Part shown: positions 44,984 through 54,470 of the stretch, in pieces
Layout: every line of letters begins with the position of its first letter
Numbering within the stretch: position 1 is the first letter of the stretch
Source of the DNA: an uncultured Legionella sp.
GTDB lineage: Bacteria; Pseudomonadota; Gammaproteobacteria; UBA6186; Azoamicaceae
Reading direction: 5' to 3'
DNA: 64,000 nt
Assembly: GCA_964522825.1 (NCBI GenBank)
Contig: CAZFXA010000002.1
Coordinates: forward strand, 23,626 to 87,625
Position numbers and translations under genes: made by a program
The notes under the pieces: generated by a model
The model's input: only the letters and a program-made list of their open reading frames with translations
Told to the model about the DNA's origin: nothing
Databases searched by the model: none

Positions 44984-46735
44984 TTACATGAGGATACATT
45001 TTTTCTCAGGGCTTGGGTGTTTACGTTTACCCTTAGCAGGCATGGAATTCACTTCAGTTTGTCCATTACGGGGGGGGTGGTATCCACCGGCATTGCCATT
45101 ATGAGAATGACCATGGCCATTGGTACCATTACCATTCGCAGCTAAGCTAAAAATAAGCACATTTTTGGGGGGGCATTGTGTTTGAATAATCAGAGCATTT
45201 AAAAAGTCTGCATGATCTACATCAACAGTGTGCAATACGAGGGTCATGAGTTCATCAGCCTTTTTGGATGCGCTGGCAGTCTTGTCAATATCCGTATCCT
45301 TAAGATTGTGTATCACATTAATGGCAAGCACAAAAGCACGCTTTGCAAGCGCATCTACTTGTGAAGGCGTTAAGGTATCCAAACTGCCAGGTTTGGGTAG
45401 ACTCGCTAATTTGGCTTCTACCATACAGGTCATTTTATAGGCCAATTCCTGGGCGACCGGGTGGCTTTCGGCAGGTAGTGCCTCAGCGATACGCAGATAA
45501 CGCTGTTTTTCTCGTCTATCTGCCGCGATTGAAAGCCCCACGCTCACAATGCCAAAAGGCGCACCCCAAGGAGAAGGAGCCTGCCCTGCAATAAAGCTTA
45601 GGATAGTTGAAGCTTTATCCATTTTGGTATTTTGATTACGCTGTGCAAGACCAGAACTCATGGTCTGGTAACCTCCCAGCATAATGCTAAGATGTTTGGC
45701 AAGGGCATCAAAAAGCCGTCCTTGAGAGGGGCTGAGATTTTCAATTTCTTGAAAAAAAGGATGATTACGCGCCACTTGTCGATGTACCAATTGTACATTT
45801 TGATGCAGTACCTCAACCCTATCGGCCAATTCACGGCTGGGAGCTATGTCCTTTATAATAGGCCGCCATTCTTCGATTAAATCACTAAAGTCGCAGCACA
45901 CCTTTACCCACGGAGGGGTTGGATCAGTGGGTCTTCTTTTAGCCTGGGGTCTAAACTGTACTGCAAAACGCACTACCTTAGGATCAGGATCACCCGGCTC
46001 CGTAAGGCAACGCACGGTATCACGGGGATTCATGCCAGGGTCTAAAAAATCTTGGATGTAATTTCTGGGATTTTGAATAAGCTCCCAAGGGGTAGTGTCT
46101 CCATTTTCCATGGTGGTTTCTGCGAGGAGCAATCGGCGGGCGGTGGGGTGTTTAAGCAGCACTCTGAGTACGTCCAGATTACCACCGTAATTCAATTCCA
46201 TGGTTTCAATACCAGGCACTGTGGTGGCTGTGCCATTATAATAAGCCAGCAGCGCATTGCGTTTGGCCTCTGTAAGCATGGAATGCTTGATCAAAGCCGG
46301 AGCAGAAAAACTAAGAAGCGCTTCCATAATAAGGTTATTGCCATTGGAATCGATAACACCGGGATTAGCTTGTAATACGGTTTCAACCATATCGTAACGG
46401 CCCAACTGAATGGCCAGGCTAATAGCCGACATATTATCTTCGGCTGGTAGTGTTACATCAGCCCCCTTAGCAATCAAGGTTGTTACAAACTCAATTTCTC
46501 CGGTAAACATGGCAGAAAGAAGGGCAGGATTAGTAGTAGGTTTGCCTCTGGGGGATAGTACAACACCAATAGCATTTGGATCGGCACCCTCTGCTAGAGC
46601 CTGGTGAAAAGCAGGTTTATCACGTTTGAGCATGGCTTTGATGAGGCGTGCATTAACTGCATTTTGCTCCTCTGGACTACGTACCTCCGAACTACGCAGA
46701 ACATTTTGCATTTGCTGCCTTGATGTAGCCATCAT
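44984..46735 (-). CDS. Ankyrin-repeat protein with C-terminal polybasic stretch and CaaX box (CILM)
   Basis: 583 aa. ANK-like repeats: ALAEGADPNA..; TTLIAKGADVTLPAEDNMSAISLAIQLGRYDMVETVLQ. G/N/H-rich linker: NGNGTNGHGHSHNGNAGG. The C-terminus is AKGKRKHPSPEKKCILM-stop (Cys codon at 44996-44998, stop at 44984-44986), verified on the DNA. Confidence 0.8.
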   Translation of the reverse strand: MMATSRQQMQNVLRSSEVRSPEEQNAVNARLIKAMLKRDKPAFHQALAEGADPNAIGVVLSPRGKPTTNPALLSAMFTGEIEFVTTLIAKGADVTLPAEDNMSAISLAIQLGRYDMVETVLQANPGVIDSNGNNLIMEALLSFSAPALIKHSMLTEAKRNALLAYYNGTATTVPGIETMELNYGGNLDVLRVLLKHPTARRLLLAETTMENGDTTPWELIQNPRNYIQDFLDPGMNPRDTVRCLTEPGDPDPKVVRFAVQFRPQAKRRPTDPTPPWVKVCCDFSDLIEEWRPIIKDIAPSRELADRVEVLHQNVQLVHRQVARNHPFFQEIENLSPSQGRLFDALAKHLSIMLGGYQTMSSGLAQRNQNTKMDKASTILSFIAGQAPSPWGAPFGIVSVGLSIAADRREKQRYLRIAEALPAESHPVAQELAYKMTCMVEAKLASLPKPGSLDTLTPSQVDALAKRAFVLAINVIHNLKDTDIDKTASASKKADELMTLVLHTVDVDHADFLNALIIQTQCPPKNVLIFSLAANGNGTNGHGHSHNGNAGGYHPPRNGQTEVNSMPAKGKRKHPSPEKKCILM

Positions 46736-47080
46736 CTACCCCCCCAGTAAGCCATCGGCTTCTAATCTTGTACTTCTTAAGCATGATTCTCCGAGCTTCT
46801 GAGGGCAAAGTCAATCAGAGGGAGAGGTTGAAAGCCATTTATATTTAGCTTGCTAAACAAATAAGCCTCTTAGGGCATAGAGCCAAAGCAAATTTTGAGA
46901 AGGTTTTTTTAGCGTTTTGTCATTCCTTAAACCAGATTTTTAAAGACAGAGATATCAATCAAAATGGCATCCGTACAATCAATCGTTTTAGCTGTTTTTT
47001 GACTTATATTCTTATTCTGCTAATACTTCTAAAGTATATGTATGGGTGGCCAGCTTTAATTTGAGAGCATTGTTTCAGTT

Positions 47081-47854
47081 ATGAGAGTAAAAGACATCGT
47101 CAAGAAACAAAAGATGCGATTAGGGTATTTCGAAATACGCGATCGCGAAGATACAGCTCTTTTTCCCGGAGGAGACGAAGGCCGGTATTTCATACCTTTG
47201 CATATTAAATCAGAAACCGACAAAGAACCTGTTTATAATTATCAGTTTGTTAGAGAGTTGTTGTTAGGTTTTTGTGAAATATATTATTTTGAAGTGGTTC
47301 AGCTTGAATGTGACGATATTGAAATGACACGATTTTTTCTTGATCAATTTTATCCTTACATGAAAACTTATTTATCCAAATTGGTCTTATCAAAAGAAAA
47401 TATTAAATTTTTCAACAAGGACATGCACCCATGCATGTTATTAAATAAAGAAAGGGTTGTAAGCAAAGAAACATGGCTTCTTGAAAAAGAAAAGCTTGAA
47501 AAAAGTGATGGACAAATACTCAATCGTTTAATTGCAATAGCCCAGTCAGACAACTTTAGTTTAATTGAGAGAAAAGTTCATTTGTATTTGCTGGGCATGC
47601 AGGCAAGCCGAAGCACCCGTTTTATACCCGATTTCTTTGTTTTGGATTACGATAAAATCGCGAGTGTTTTTCAAAAATCTTTCGATGTAAAGAAAGCGGT
47701 GATTTTTAAGGCCATTGATCGCTTACGAAAAAAAATGGCTATTACTTTAGAGAAGGAAGGAGACTATTTAATTTTCAATGTTACAGACAGTGGGCCGATG
47801 GATTTAATTTCCAAAGACAAAAAAATAGCACGGTGGGTGAGAGATGGTTTATAA
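47081..47854 (+). CDS. Hypothetical protein (257 aa), AT-rich
   Basis: An ORF with coding-like periodicity. The C-terminus FDVKKAVIFKAIDRLRKKMAITLEKEGDYLIF could be a winged helix. No firm motif. Confidence 0.5.
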   Translation: MRVKDIVKKQKMRLGYFEIRDREDTALFPGGDEGRYFIPLHIKSETDKEPVYNYQFVRELLLGFCEIYYFEVVQLECDDIEMTRFFLDQFYPYMKTYLSKLVLSKENIKFFNKDMHPCMLLNKERVVSKETWLLEKEKLEKSDGQILNRLIAIAQSDNFSLIERKVHLYLLGMQASRSTRFIPDFFVLDYDKIASVFQKSFDVKKAVIFKAIDRLRKKMAITLEKEGDYLIFNVTDSGPMDLISKDKKIARWVRDGL

Positions 47855-48122
47855 AGATATGGGTGAGCTCACAAGGGCTTTTGCTAAAGACCCAAGTTTT
47901 GGTGAGATGGCCTGCAAGGTGTTTTTGTATTACATCAGCCAAATCGCCAACCCTAAGGTCATGGGAACCGTCATGGAATGGGACCTTCGCGAAGTATTAA
48001 CAACGCTTGAAATTTCTAGGGAAACCTATGACAAGGTCATGCAAGCCATTTCAGCCAAGGGTTTTATTACTATTGAAGAATCTGATGAATATCAACAAAT
48101 TATTGAAGCCGGCATTAGTTAA
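47844..48122 (+). CDS. Hypothetical protein (92 aa), possible winged-helix
   Basis: It overlaps the upstream ORF by 11 nt. LEISRETYDKVMQAISAKGFITIEE is wHTH-like. Confidence 0.4.
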   Translation: MVYKDMGELTRAFAKDPSFGEMACKVFLYYISQIANPKVMGTVMEWDLREVLTTLEISRETYDKVMQAISAKGFITIEESDEYQQIIEAGIS

Positions 48123-48157
48123 CTAGAAAACCAACATATAAGCTTTGCAAAAGATAG

Positions 48158-49138
48158 ATGTCTTCCTACACCTTAGGCAAAACCCACTATAATTTTCAGA
48201 TGCAGAGCGATTTTTCATCACAATATCCCCACCAAACAGAAGCCGTAAGGGCAGTATTAGCTGCACTTCAAAATCATGATAGAACCCATCTAGTGATGGC
48301 CTGTGGTACGGGCAAAACACGGGTCGCACTCTGGGTGGCCGAGGCACTCAGCTCCAAACGTGTGGTGGTCTTTGTCCCCTCCCTAGCCCTTATCAGCCAG
48401 TTTATTAAAGAATGGCGCAGCGTGACCGTTTGGCAGGATATAGCCTATTTGGCTATTTGTTCAGATGAGACGGTGCGGCATGCAATGGATGATCACGTAG
48501 TGCTCGATCCCAGGGCCTGCGATTTTCCCGTAACCACTGATCCAGTTGTTGTGAGACAGTTTTTAGAACGATCCAGCACGGGTGTGCAGCTAGTTTTTTG
48601 CACCTACCATTCCTCAGGAGTGCTAGCAGAGGGGATGCAAGGCACTGAACATTTTGATATTGGTATTTTTGATGAAGCTCACAAAACAGTCGGCAACCAG
48701 ACCTTCGGTCTAGCTTTGGTAGATGCAGAAGTCCCTATTAAAAAAAGATGTTTGATGACAGCAACTCCCAAGCATTATGATGTGCAGGATAAAGACACTA
48801 CAGGTGAGGCCCGATTGGTCTACTCCATGGATAATGAGGCCGTGTATGGACCTCGAGCCTATACGCTGTCCTTTCGTAAAGCCATTGATTTGGGGTTGAT
48901 TAGCGATTACAAAATCATTATTTCGGTCGTTCATGCCAAGCCCACGGTTGCAGAAGCAAACCCTCTTGAAGCCATGGTGGTGGCCTTAAAAAAGGCCATA
49001 GCCAAAGCGCCCTCTGTCTCAAAAATTATTAGTTTTCACCGAACGATCAAGGAAGCCGAGAATCTCCATCAATATATAGAGACCCATCAAAATCTCAATA
49101 ATTTTAAGCCCTTACATGTGAATGGATTTCTAAAATAA
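48158..49138 (+). CDS. SF2 helicase copy 1, N-terminal lobe fragment (ends at an in-frame TAA)
   Basis: Motif I is VMACGTGKTRVAL, motif II is IFDEAHKTV, motif III is LMTATPK. The TAA at 49136-49138 corresponds to a sense codon (TCT) in copy 2, and the reading frame continues in phase into 49157. Confidence 0.7.
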   Translation: MSSYTLGKTHYNFQMQSDFSSQYPHQTEAVRAVLAALQNHDRTHLVMACGTGKTRVALWVAEALSSKRVVVFVPSLALISQFIKEWRSVTVWQDIAYLAICSDETVRHAMDDHVVLDPRACDFPVTTDPVVVRQFLERSSTGVQLVFCTYHSSGVLAEGMQGTEHFDIGIFDEAHKTVGNQTFGLALVDAEVPIKKRCLMTATPKHYDVQDKDTTGEARLVYSMDNEAVYGPRAYTLSFRKAIDLGLISDYKIIISVVHAKPTVAEANPLEAMVVALKKAIAKAPSVSKIISFHRTIKEAENLHQYIETHQNLNNFKPLHVNGFLK

Positions 49139-49156
49139 ACCCTCAGAAAAAAAATC

Positions 49157-51367
49157 ATGGAAACCTTTAGATCTCATCCAAAAGCGCTGATTACCAATGC
49201 CCGCTGCTTAACCGAGGGGATTGATGTGCCAGCAGTCGATATGGTCGCGTTTTTAAATAAGAAACGCAGTAAAATTGATATTATTCAAGCCATTGGCCGA
49301 TCTTTAAGAAAGGTTCCTGGTAAAGTTTATGGGCATGTGTTTTTACCCTTGTTCGTGGCCGACAATAAAGGTGAAACCTTAGAGCAAGCTGTTGAGCGAG
49401 CCGATTATCGAGAAATATGGGAAGTGATACAGGCGCTTAGTGAACAAGATGAAGCCCTAGAAGCTACCATTCAACAGTTAAAATGCAACAAAGCCAAGAC
49501 GGGAATGCTTGAGGCAGGCTTAGAGAAATATATTGATATTACCAGCCAGACTATCGATGAAGCCTTACACAAGCGCTTACAAAAAATCATTTCGGTTAAG
49601 GTTGTTGACAGGGCTGGTTCATTTTGGAAGGTAATGTATGATCAATTATCTAATTTCAGAAAAGAAAATGGTCATTGTAATGTTCCTCCTGGTGTTTCCG
49701 CTTCCCTATCCACATGGATTTCCAATCAAAGAACAGCCTATAAAGATGCAAAGCTTAATGCTTCGAAAATAGAGCAGCTTAACGCTTTAGGATTTAATTG
49801 GTACGTTCATGATAACCAATGGAAAAAATATTTTGATAAGCTTAAAAATCACAGAGAAAGACATGGTGATTGTTCTAAAATATCTGACAGCCAACTAAAG
49901 TCTTGGGTAAACAATCAAAAAACAGCTTATAAAAAAAACAACCTTGAATCTTGGAAAATTGAAAAGCTTAATAGCTTGGATTTTAATTGGCATCTTTTTC
50001 GCAATCAATGGCAAAAGCGCTTTCAAGAACTGCAAACCTATCAACAAAAATATGGAATTTCTCATATTCCCAGAAAACATCCATTGTCTTTTTGGATGAC
50101 GACTCAAAGGCGCGCCTTAAAAAAAGGCATTCTTGAATCTTGGAAGATAGAAAAACTGAATGCTTTAGGATTGGACTGGGATCCTTTTATTAGTGCATGG
50201 CAAAAAAACCTTAAGCAACTAAAAGATTATAACAAAAGGCATGGGCATTGTAATATTCCTTATGGCATTCATAATTCACTATATGCTTGGATCTTAAATC
50301 AAAAAAAATCTTATAAAAAAGGTAAGCTTGATACTTGGAAGATAGAAAAACTGAATGCTTTAGGGTTTGATTGGAATCCCGTTCCAAATCAATGGCATGA
50401 ATGGTTTAAAAAACTTCAAAATCACAAAAAAGAATTTAAACATTTTGAAATATCCAATGATTCGTCGTTGCGATCTTGGTTAAATAAACAAAGAGTGGCC
50501 CACAGGAAAAATAGGCTTGAACCCTGGAAGATAGAATGCCTGAATGCTTTAGGACTTGATTGGAGCCCAAAACTCAATCAATGGCAAAAGCGTCTTGAAG
50601 AATTACAAGCCTATAAACAAAAATATGGGCATTGTAATGTTTCTTCTGCTATTGCTTGTGCCTTGAATGTTTGGATCTCAGCTCAAAGGACAGCCTATAA
50701 AAAAGTCCAGCTTGATGCTTGGAAAGTAGAGCGTCTTAATGCTTTAGGGTTTGATTGGGATCCTTTACTCAATCAATGGCAAGTGAACTTTGAACAATTA
50801 CAAGCCTATAAACAAAAGCATGGGCATTGTAATGCTTCTTCAGGTGCTTCTTGTTCATTGCGTAAGTGGGTTTTGATGCAAAGAAGAATTTATAAAGAAG
50901 GTCGTTTAAATAATAATAAAATAGTACTGCTCAACAGTTTAGGTTTTGATTGGGATCCCTATGTTAATCAATGGAACCAGCAGTTTGAAAAATTACAATA
51001 TTATAAGAAACAACATGGCCACTGTAATGTTTTTATGGGCATATCTTCTTCATTATGTAGCTGGGTTTGGGATCAAAGAAAATCTTATAAAAAAGGGGAG
51101 CTTGATGCCTGGAAAATAGAGAAACTCAACACTTTAGAATTTGATTGGGACCCAAGGTTAAAGCAATGGCAGACAAACTTTGAACAGCTACAAGCCCACA
51201 AGGAGAAACATGGAGATTGTGAGGTCCCGGATACGACTTCTTCATTGTATAACTGGATTAAAAAGCAAAAAATGGCCTATAAAAAAGGGCTGCTGGAAAA
51301 TCCCAGAGTTGCACTGCTCAATAGTTTGGATTTTGATTGGGGTCCTGGAAATCTTTTAAAAAATTGA
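49157..51367 (+). CDS. SF2 helicase copy 1, C-terminal lobe plus nine HA (helicase-associated) domain repeats
   Basis: Motifs V-VI are ITNARCLTEGIDVPAVDMVAFL and IIQAIGRSLR. These are followed by nine ~64-aa repeats with the pattern W..xF..L..Yk.khGHCNVp....L..Wv..QR..YKkg.L..wKIEkLNaLGFDWdP. Confidence 0.75.
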   Translation: METFRSHPKALITNARCLTEGIDVPAVDMVAFLNKKRSKIDIIQAIGRSLRKVPGKVYGHVFLPLFVADNKGETLEQAVERADYREIWEVIQALSEQDEALEATIQQLKCNKAKTGMLEAGLEKYIDITSQTIDEALHKRLQKIISVKVVDRAGSFWKVMYDQLSNFRKENGHCNVPPGVSASLSTWISNQRTAYKDAKLNASKIEQLNALGFNWYVHDNQWKKYFDKLKNHRERHGDCSKISDSQLKSWVNNQKTAYKKNNLESWKIEKLNSLDFNWHLFRNQWQKRFQELQTYQQKYGISHIPRKHPLSFWMTTQRRALKKGILESWKIEKLNALGLDWDPFISAWQKNLKQLKDYNKRHGHCNIPYGIHNSLYAWILNQKKSYKKGKLDTWKIEKLNALGFDWNPVPNQWHEWFKKLQNHKKEFKHFEISNDSSLRSWLNKQRVAHRKNRLEPWKIECLNALGLDWSPKLNQWQKRLEELQAYKQKYGHCNVSSAIACALNVWISAQRTAYKKVQLDAWKVERLNALGFDWDPLLNQWQVNFEQLQAYKQKHGHCNASSGASCSLRKWVLMQRRIYKEGRLNNNKIVLLNSLGFDWDPYVNQWNQQFEKLQYYKKQHGHCNVFMGISSSLCSWVWDQRKSYKKGELDAWKIEKLNTLEFDWDPRLKQWQTNFEQLQAHKEKHGDCEVPDTTSSLYNWIKKQKMAYKKGLLENPRVALLNSLDFDWGPGNLLKN
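49619..51346 (+). repeat. In-frame array of nine HA-domain repeats (~190-195 nt period)
   Basis: Repeats were delimited by hand from SFWKVMYDQL.. to ..LNSLDFDWGPG. They are divergent at the DNA level and conserved in W/GHC/QR/YK/LN.LGFDW positions. Confidence 0.85.
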
Positions 51368-51380
51368 GATGATAAACTAA

Positions 51381-52151
51381 ATGAATATCCGTACGCTATC
51401 ATTACCTTATACACACCAAATAGAAGCCGTAGAGGCGATACTCACTGCACTTCAAAATCACGATAGAGCCCATCTGGTCATGGCCTGTGGTACCGGTAAA
51501 ACGCGGGTTGCACTCTGGGCAGCCGAGGCACTCAGCCCAAAACGTGTGGTGGTCTTTGTCCCTTCCCTAGCGTTGATTAGCCAATTTATTAAAGAATGGC
51601 GCAGCGTAACCGTATGGCAGGAAATAGCCTACTTGGCTATTTGCTCCGATGAAACGGTGAGGCATGCTATGGATGATCATCTGGTACTCGATCCCACGGC
51701 CTGCGACTTCCCCGTGACCACCGATCCAGTTGTTGTGCGACGGTTTTTAGAAAAACCCAGCACAGGTGTGCAGCTAGTTTTTTGTACCTACCATTCCTCG
51801 GTGGTACTGGCAGAAGGTATGCAAGGCTGCGAACCCTTTGACGTGGGTATTTTTGATGAGGCACATAAAACTGTGGGTAACCAGACTTTCGGGCTAGCCT
51901 TAGAAGATGCCCAACTGCCCATTAAAAAAAGATGTTTAATGACGGCTACCCCAAAGCATTACGATGTTCAAAATACAAGCACTACGGGTGAGTCCCGCTT
52001 GGTGTATTCCATGGATAATGAAGCACTATACGGACCAAGGGCCTATACGCTTTCCTTTCGTAAAGCCATTGATCTAGGGTTGATTTCTGATTACAAAATT
52101 ATTATTTCAGTCGTACATGCCAAACCGACCCCCTCGAAGCCATTGTGGTAG
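51381..52151 (+). pseudogene. SF2 helicase copy 2, N-terminal fragment (frameshifted by a ~16-nt deletion near 52128-52133)
   Basis: Collinear with 48158..48950. I estimate roughly 85-90 percent nt identity by eye over the stretch I aligned. Copy 1 reads AKPTVAEANPLEAMVVAL. Copy 2 reads AKPT then PSKPLW-stop, with LEAIVVAL in another frame. Confidence 0.7.
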
Positions 52152-52921
52152 CTTTAAAGAAAGCGATTGTCAAAGCACCCGCCGTATCAAAAATAATTAG
52201 TTTTCATCGAACGATTAAGGAAGCGGAAAATCTCCATCACTATATTGAGACCCATAAAAATCTCAATGATTTTAAGCCCTTACATGTGAATGGGTTTCTA
52301 AAATCTAGCTTAAGAAAAAAAACCATGGAGACTTTTAGATCTCATCCCAAGGCACTTATTACCAATCCCCGTTGTTTAACCGAAGGGATTGATGTGCCAG
52401 CGGTCGACATGGTGGCTTTTTTAAATAAGAAACGCAGTAAGATTGATATTATTCAGGCCATTGGTCGCCCCCTAAGAAAAGTGCCTGGTAAAGTATATGG
52501 GCATGTGTTTTTACCTTTGTTCGTGGCTGATAACAAAGGAGAAACCTTAGAAGAAGCGGTGGAGCGTGCTGATTACAGAGAAGTATGGGAAGTGATACAG
52601 GCGCTTAGCGAACAAGATACAGCCTTAGAAGCTACTATCCAAGAGTTAAAATGCCACAAAAATAAAATGGGTGTTCTTGATGCCGGTTTAGAAAAGTATA
52701 TTGATATCATAAGTAATCAGGCTATTGATGAGGCCTTGCATAAACGCCTAAAAAAAAATATTTCAGTGAAGGTGATGGATAGAATTGGCTCTTCTTGGGA
52801 TGCGACGTATAACCAATTATTTGCTTTTCAGACAGAACGGGGTCATTGTCGTGTATCTTCTAAACAGCCATTATTTCATTGGATAGATGCTCAAAGAATG
52901 GCCTATAAAAATAGAAGCTGA
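52145..52921 (+). pseudogene. SF2 helicase copy 2, C-terminal lobe with a single truncated HA repeat
   Basis: It is continuous across the position where copy 1 has TAA (..VNGFLKSSLRKKTMETFRSHPKALITNPRCLTEGIDVPAVD..IIQAIGRPLR). It ends after one HA repeat (SSWDATYNQLFAFQTERGHCRVSS..WIDAQRMAYKNRS-stop). Confidence 0.7.
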
Positions 52922-54089
52922 GAAAATTAATTATTTTACCTTATCAAATTACAAAAGCCCTCTGCTGTGATTTGTAATCATGCTGCTCGAAATGTGGCAC
53001 GCTCCCGCATTGAAGAAGATTCCGAAAAACACAAGAAATACCTATAATTAAAGGTAAAAAAGAACATTTCACCCGGAGTGAGTCAGGTGTGCGGGTGATT
53101 AAGGGGGTTGTAGCTTCAGTTTTCTAGAGCGCAGATTTAATAAAGATCATCGGGGGCACGGGGAATTTCAAACCCAAAAATGGGCGGAAACGACTATAAA
53201 TATAGGGATCTCCGTGCAAGCAACACATCCGGTTAGGATGCCTATTTATGACCTGAGATCTGCTTAAAAAATGAGCATATTAAAATGCTTTATTGGCCCG
53301 CTGTTTTTTGCATCAAGCCATTTTTTTCTGCCTTTTTTAGGGCTTTGGACACTTTTTCTTGCGATGTCTGCTGTTCCTTACAATATCTGATGTTGCATAC
53401 AGTGTGCTTGTGGCTTGGTAGAATCAACCGTCGCGAGCGCATGTTAATGCGCAGACGCGACGCAAAGGCTGCCCTTCCGAGGTTCAAAATTTTAAAAAAG
53501 AAAAGCTGTTCTTATTTTCTCACCCTTGGTACACAGTTCAATAAGGTGGCCTGAACTGGAATTTTAAGCCCTTGTACTTTTGCACCATCACCTCAAAAGC
53601 CTGCTTTAACTCCTAAGCTTTAAAGGTCAGTATCGATGATACAACCCAATCTTGCAGAGCTTCTAACACTCGGATCCAATGGTGTTGATGACAAAAATTT
53701 TAGACTTGGATGCTGGACTAAGGCACGGTGCACAGGATCTCGATCGTTCATCCGACACACAATCCATCACTGGCTACTCTGCTCCATGGTTCAAAATGAT
53801 AAAAAAAAGCAGTGGTTATTTTTCCATCCTTGGTGAATAGCTTAGTACGAAGGATTGAACTTGGATTAGATGCCTTCGCTATTTTTAGGATTGATCCTAA
53901 AACACCAACCCACAAACCTATGACAAAAGTTTATCATCCTGATCGGAACTCACCGTGTTGTGTACAGGGATAATCCAAGGGATTCATTTGGCACGGTATA
54001 TTAGCAACTGTGCAGCACAACTCAATCCAGCTTTTAATACCCTATCCAAATAGCAATTTAAAACGAGGCTTTTTTGTTCTGGGAAATCT

Positions 54090-54398
54090 TTAGCCCTGAA
54101 GCTGTGTTTTTGTCTGGTATCGACTTTGATAGGTTTCGGTATCGTGCCCTGGATCTAAAGCATAAGCAATCGATACCCAATTATAAAATACTGGCCTAAC
54201 AGGGATTTTATTGGCTTCCACCACAGGGATTAAGGCCAAAGCCAGGTTTGAATGGATTGTCTCTAAACGAGCCACTTGCCGTTCTATCCTAAAAACATGG
54301 CACTCATATCGCAAGGTTGCAAAGCAAAACAAGAGCACCCATCCTTTTAGAATGTCCATCATGATAGTCAATAGCCTCAAATGCCTTAGCTGTTTCAT
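54090..54398 (-). CDS. Hypothetical small membrane protein
   Basis: 102 aa with an N-terminal hydrophobic segment (ILKGWVLLFCFATL). It is co-directional with 54471..54746. Weak support. Confidence 0.3.
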   Translation of the reverse strand: MKQLRHLRLLTIMMDILKGWVLLFCFATLRYECHVFRIERQVARLETIHSNLALALIPVVEANKIPVRPVFYNWVSIAYALDPGHDTETYQSRYQTKTQLQG

Positions 54399-54470
54399 TG
54401 TTTAAAAGGTATCCTCTTGGGTGACTTCAGCTTTACCATTCTCTAACAATCTTAGGTAAGTATCCAGTAT

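Larger units (their letters stand above)
6143..46735. mobile_element. Integrative conjugative element (tRNA-targeted, MPF-F/H-type T4SS, MOBF relaxase); minimum extent, right junction not identified
   Basis: The integrase stop is 28 nt after the last folded base of the tRNA (discriminator A6142). The element also carries an excisionase-like gene, a full tra set (traA,L,E,K,B,V,C,W,U,trbC,N,F,H,G,D,I) and cargo blocks. No direct repeat of the tRNA 3' end was found by eye, so the element may extend further right. Confidence 0.7.

Noticed and set aside
49619-51346. Regular ~190-nt periodic repeats: CRISPR or satellite?
   Set aside because: The repeats are in-frame protein (HA-domain) repeats with diverged DNA sequence. 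They have no short identical direct repeats or spacers, and no cas genes are present in the window.
53103-53175. tRNA-like sequence as a functional tRNA gene
   Set aside because: The D-arm and T-loop are recognisable, but the anticodon stem does not pair (AGAT..AGAT is direct, not inverted). The 3' acceptor strand complementary to GGGGGTT is also missing. At best it is a relic.
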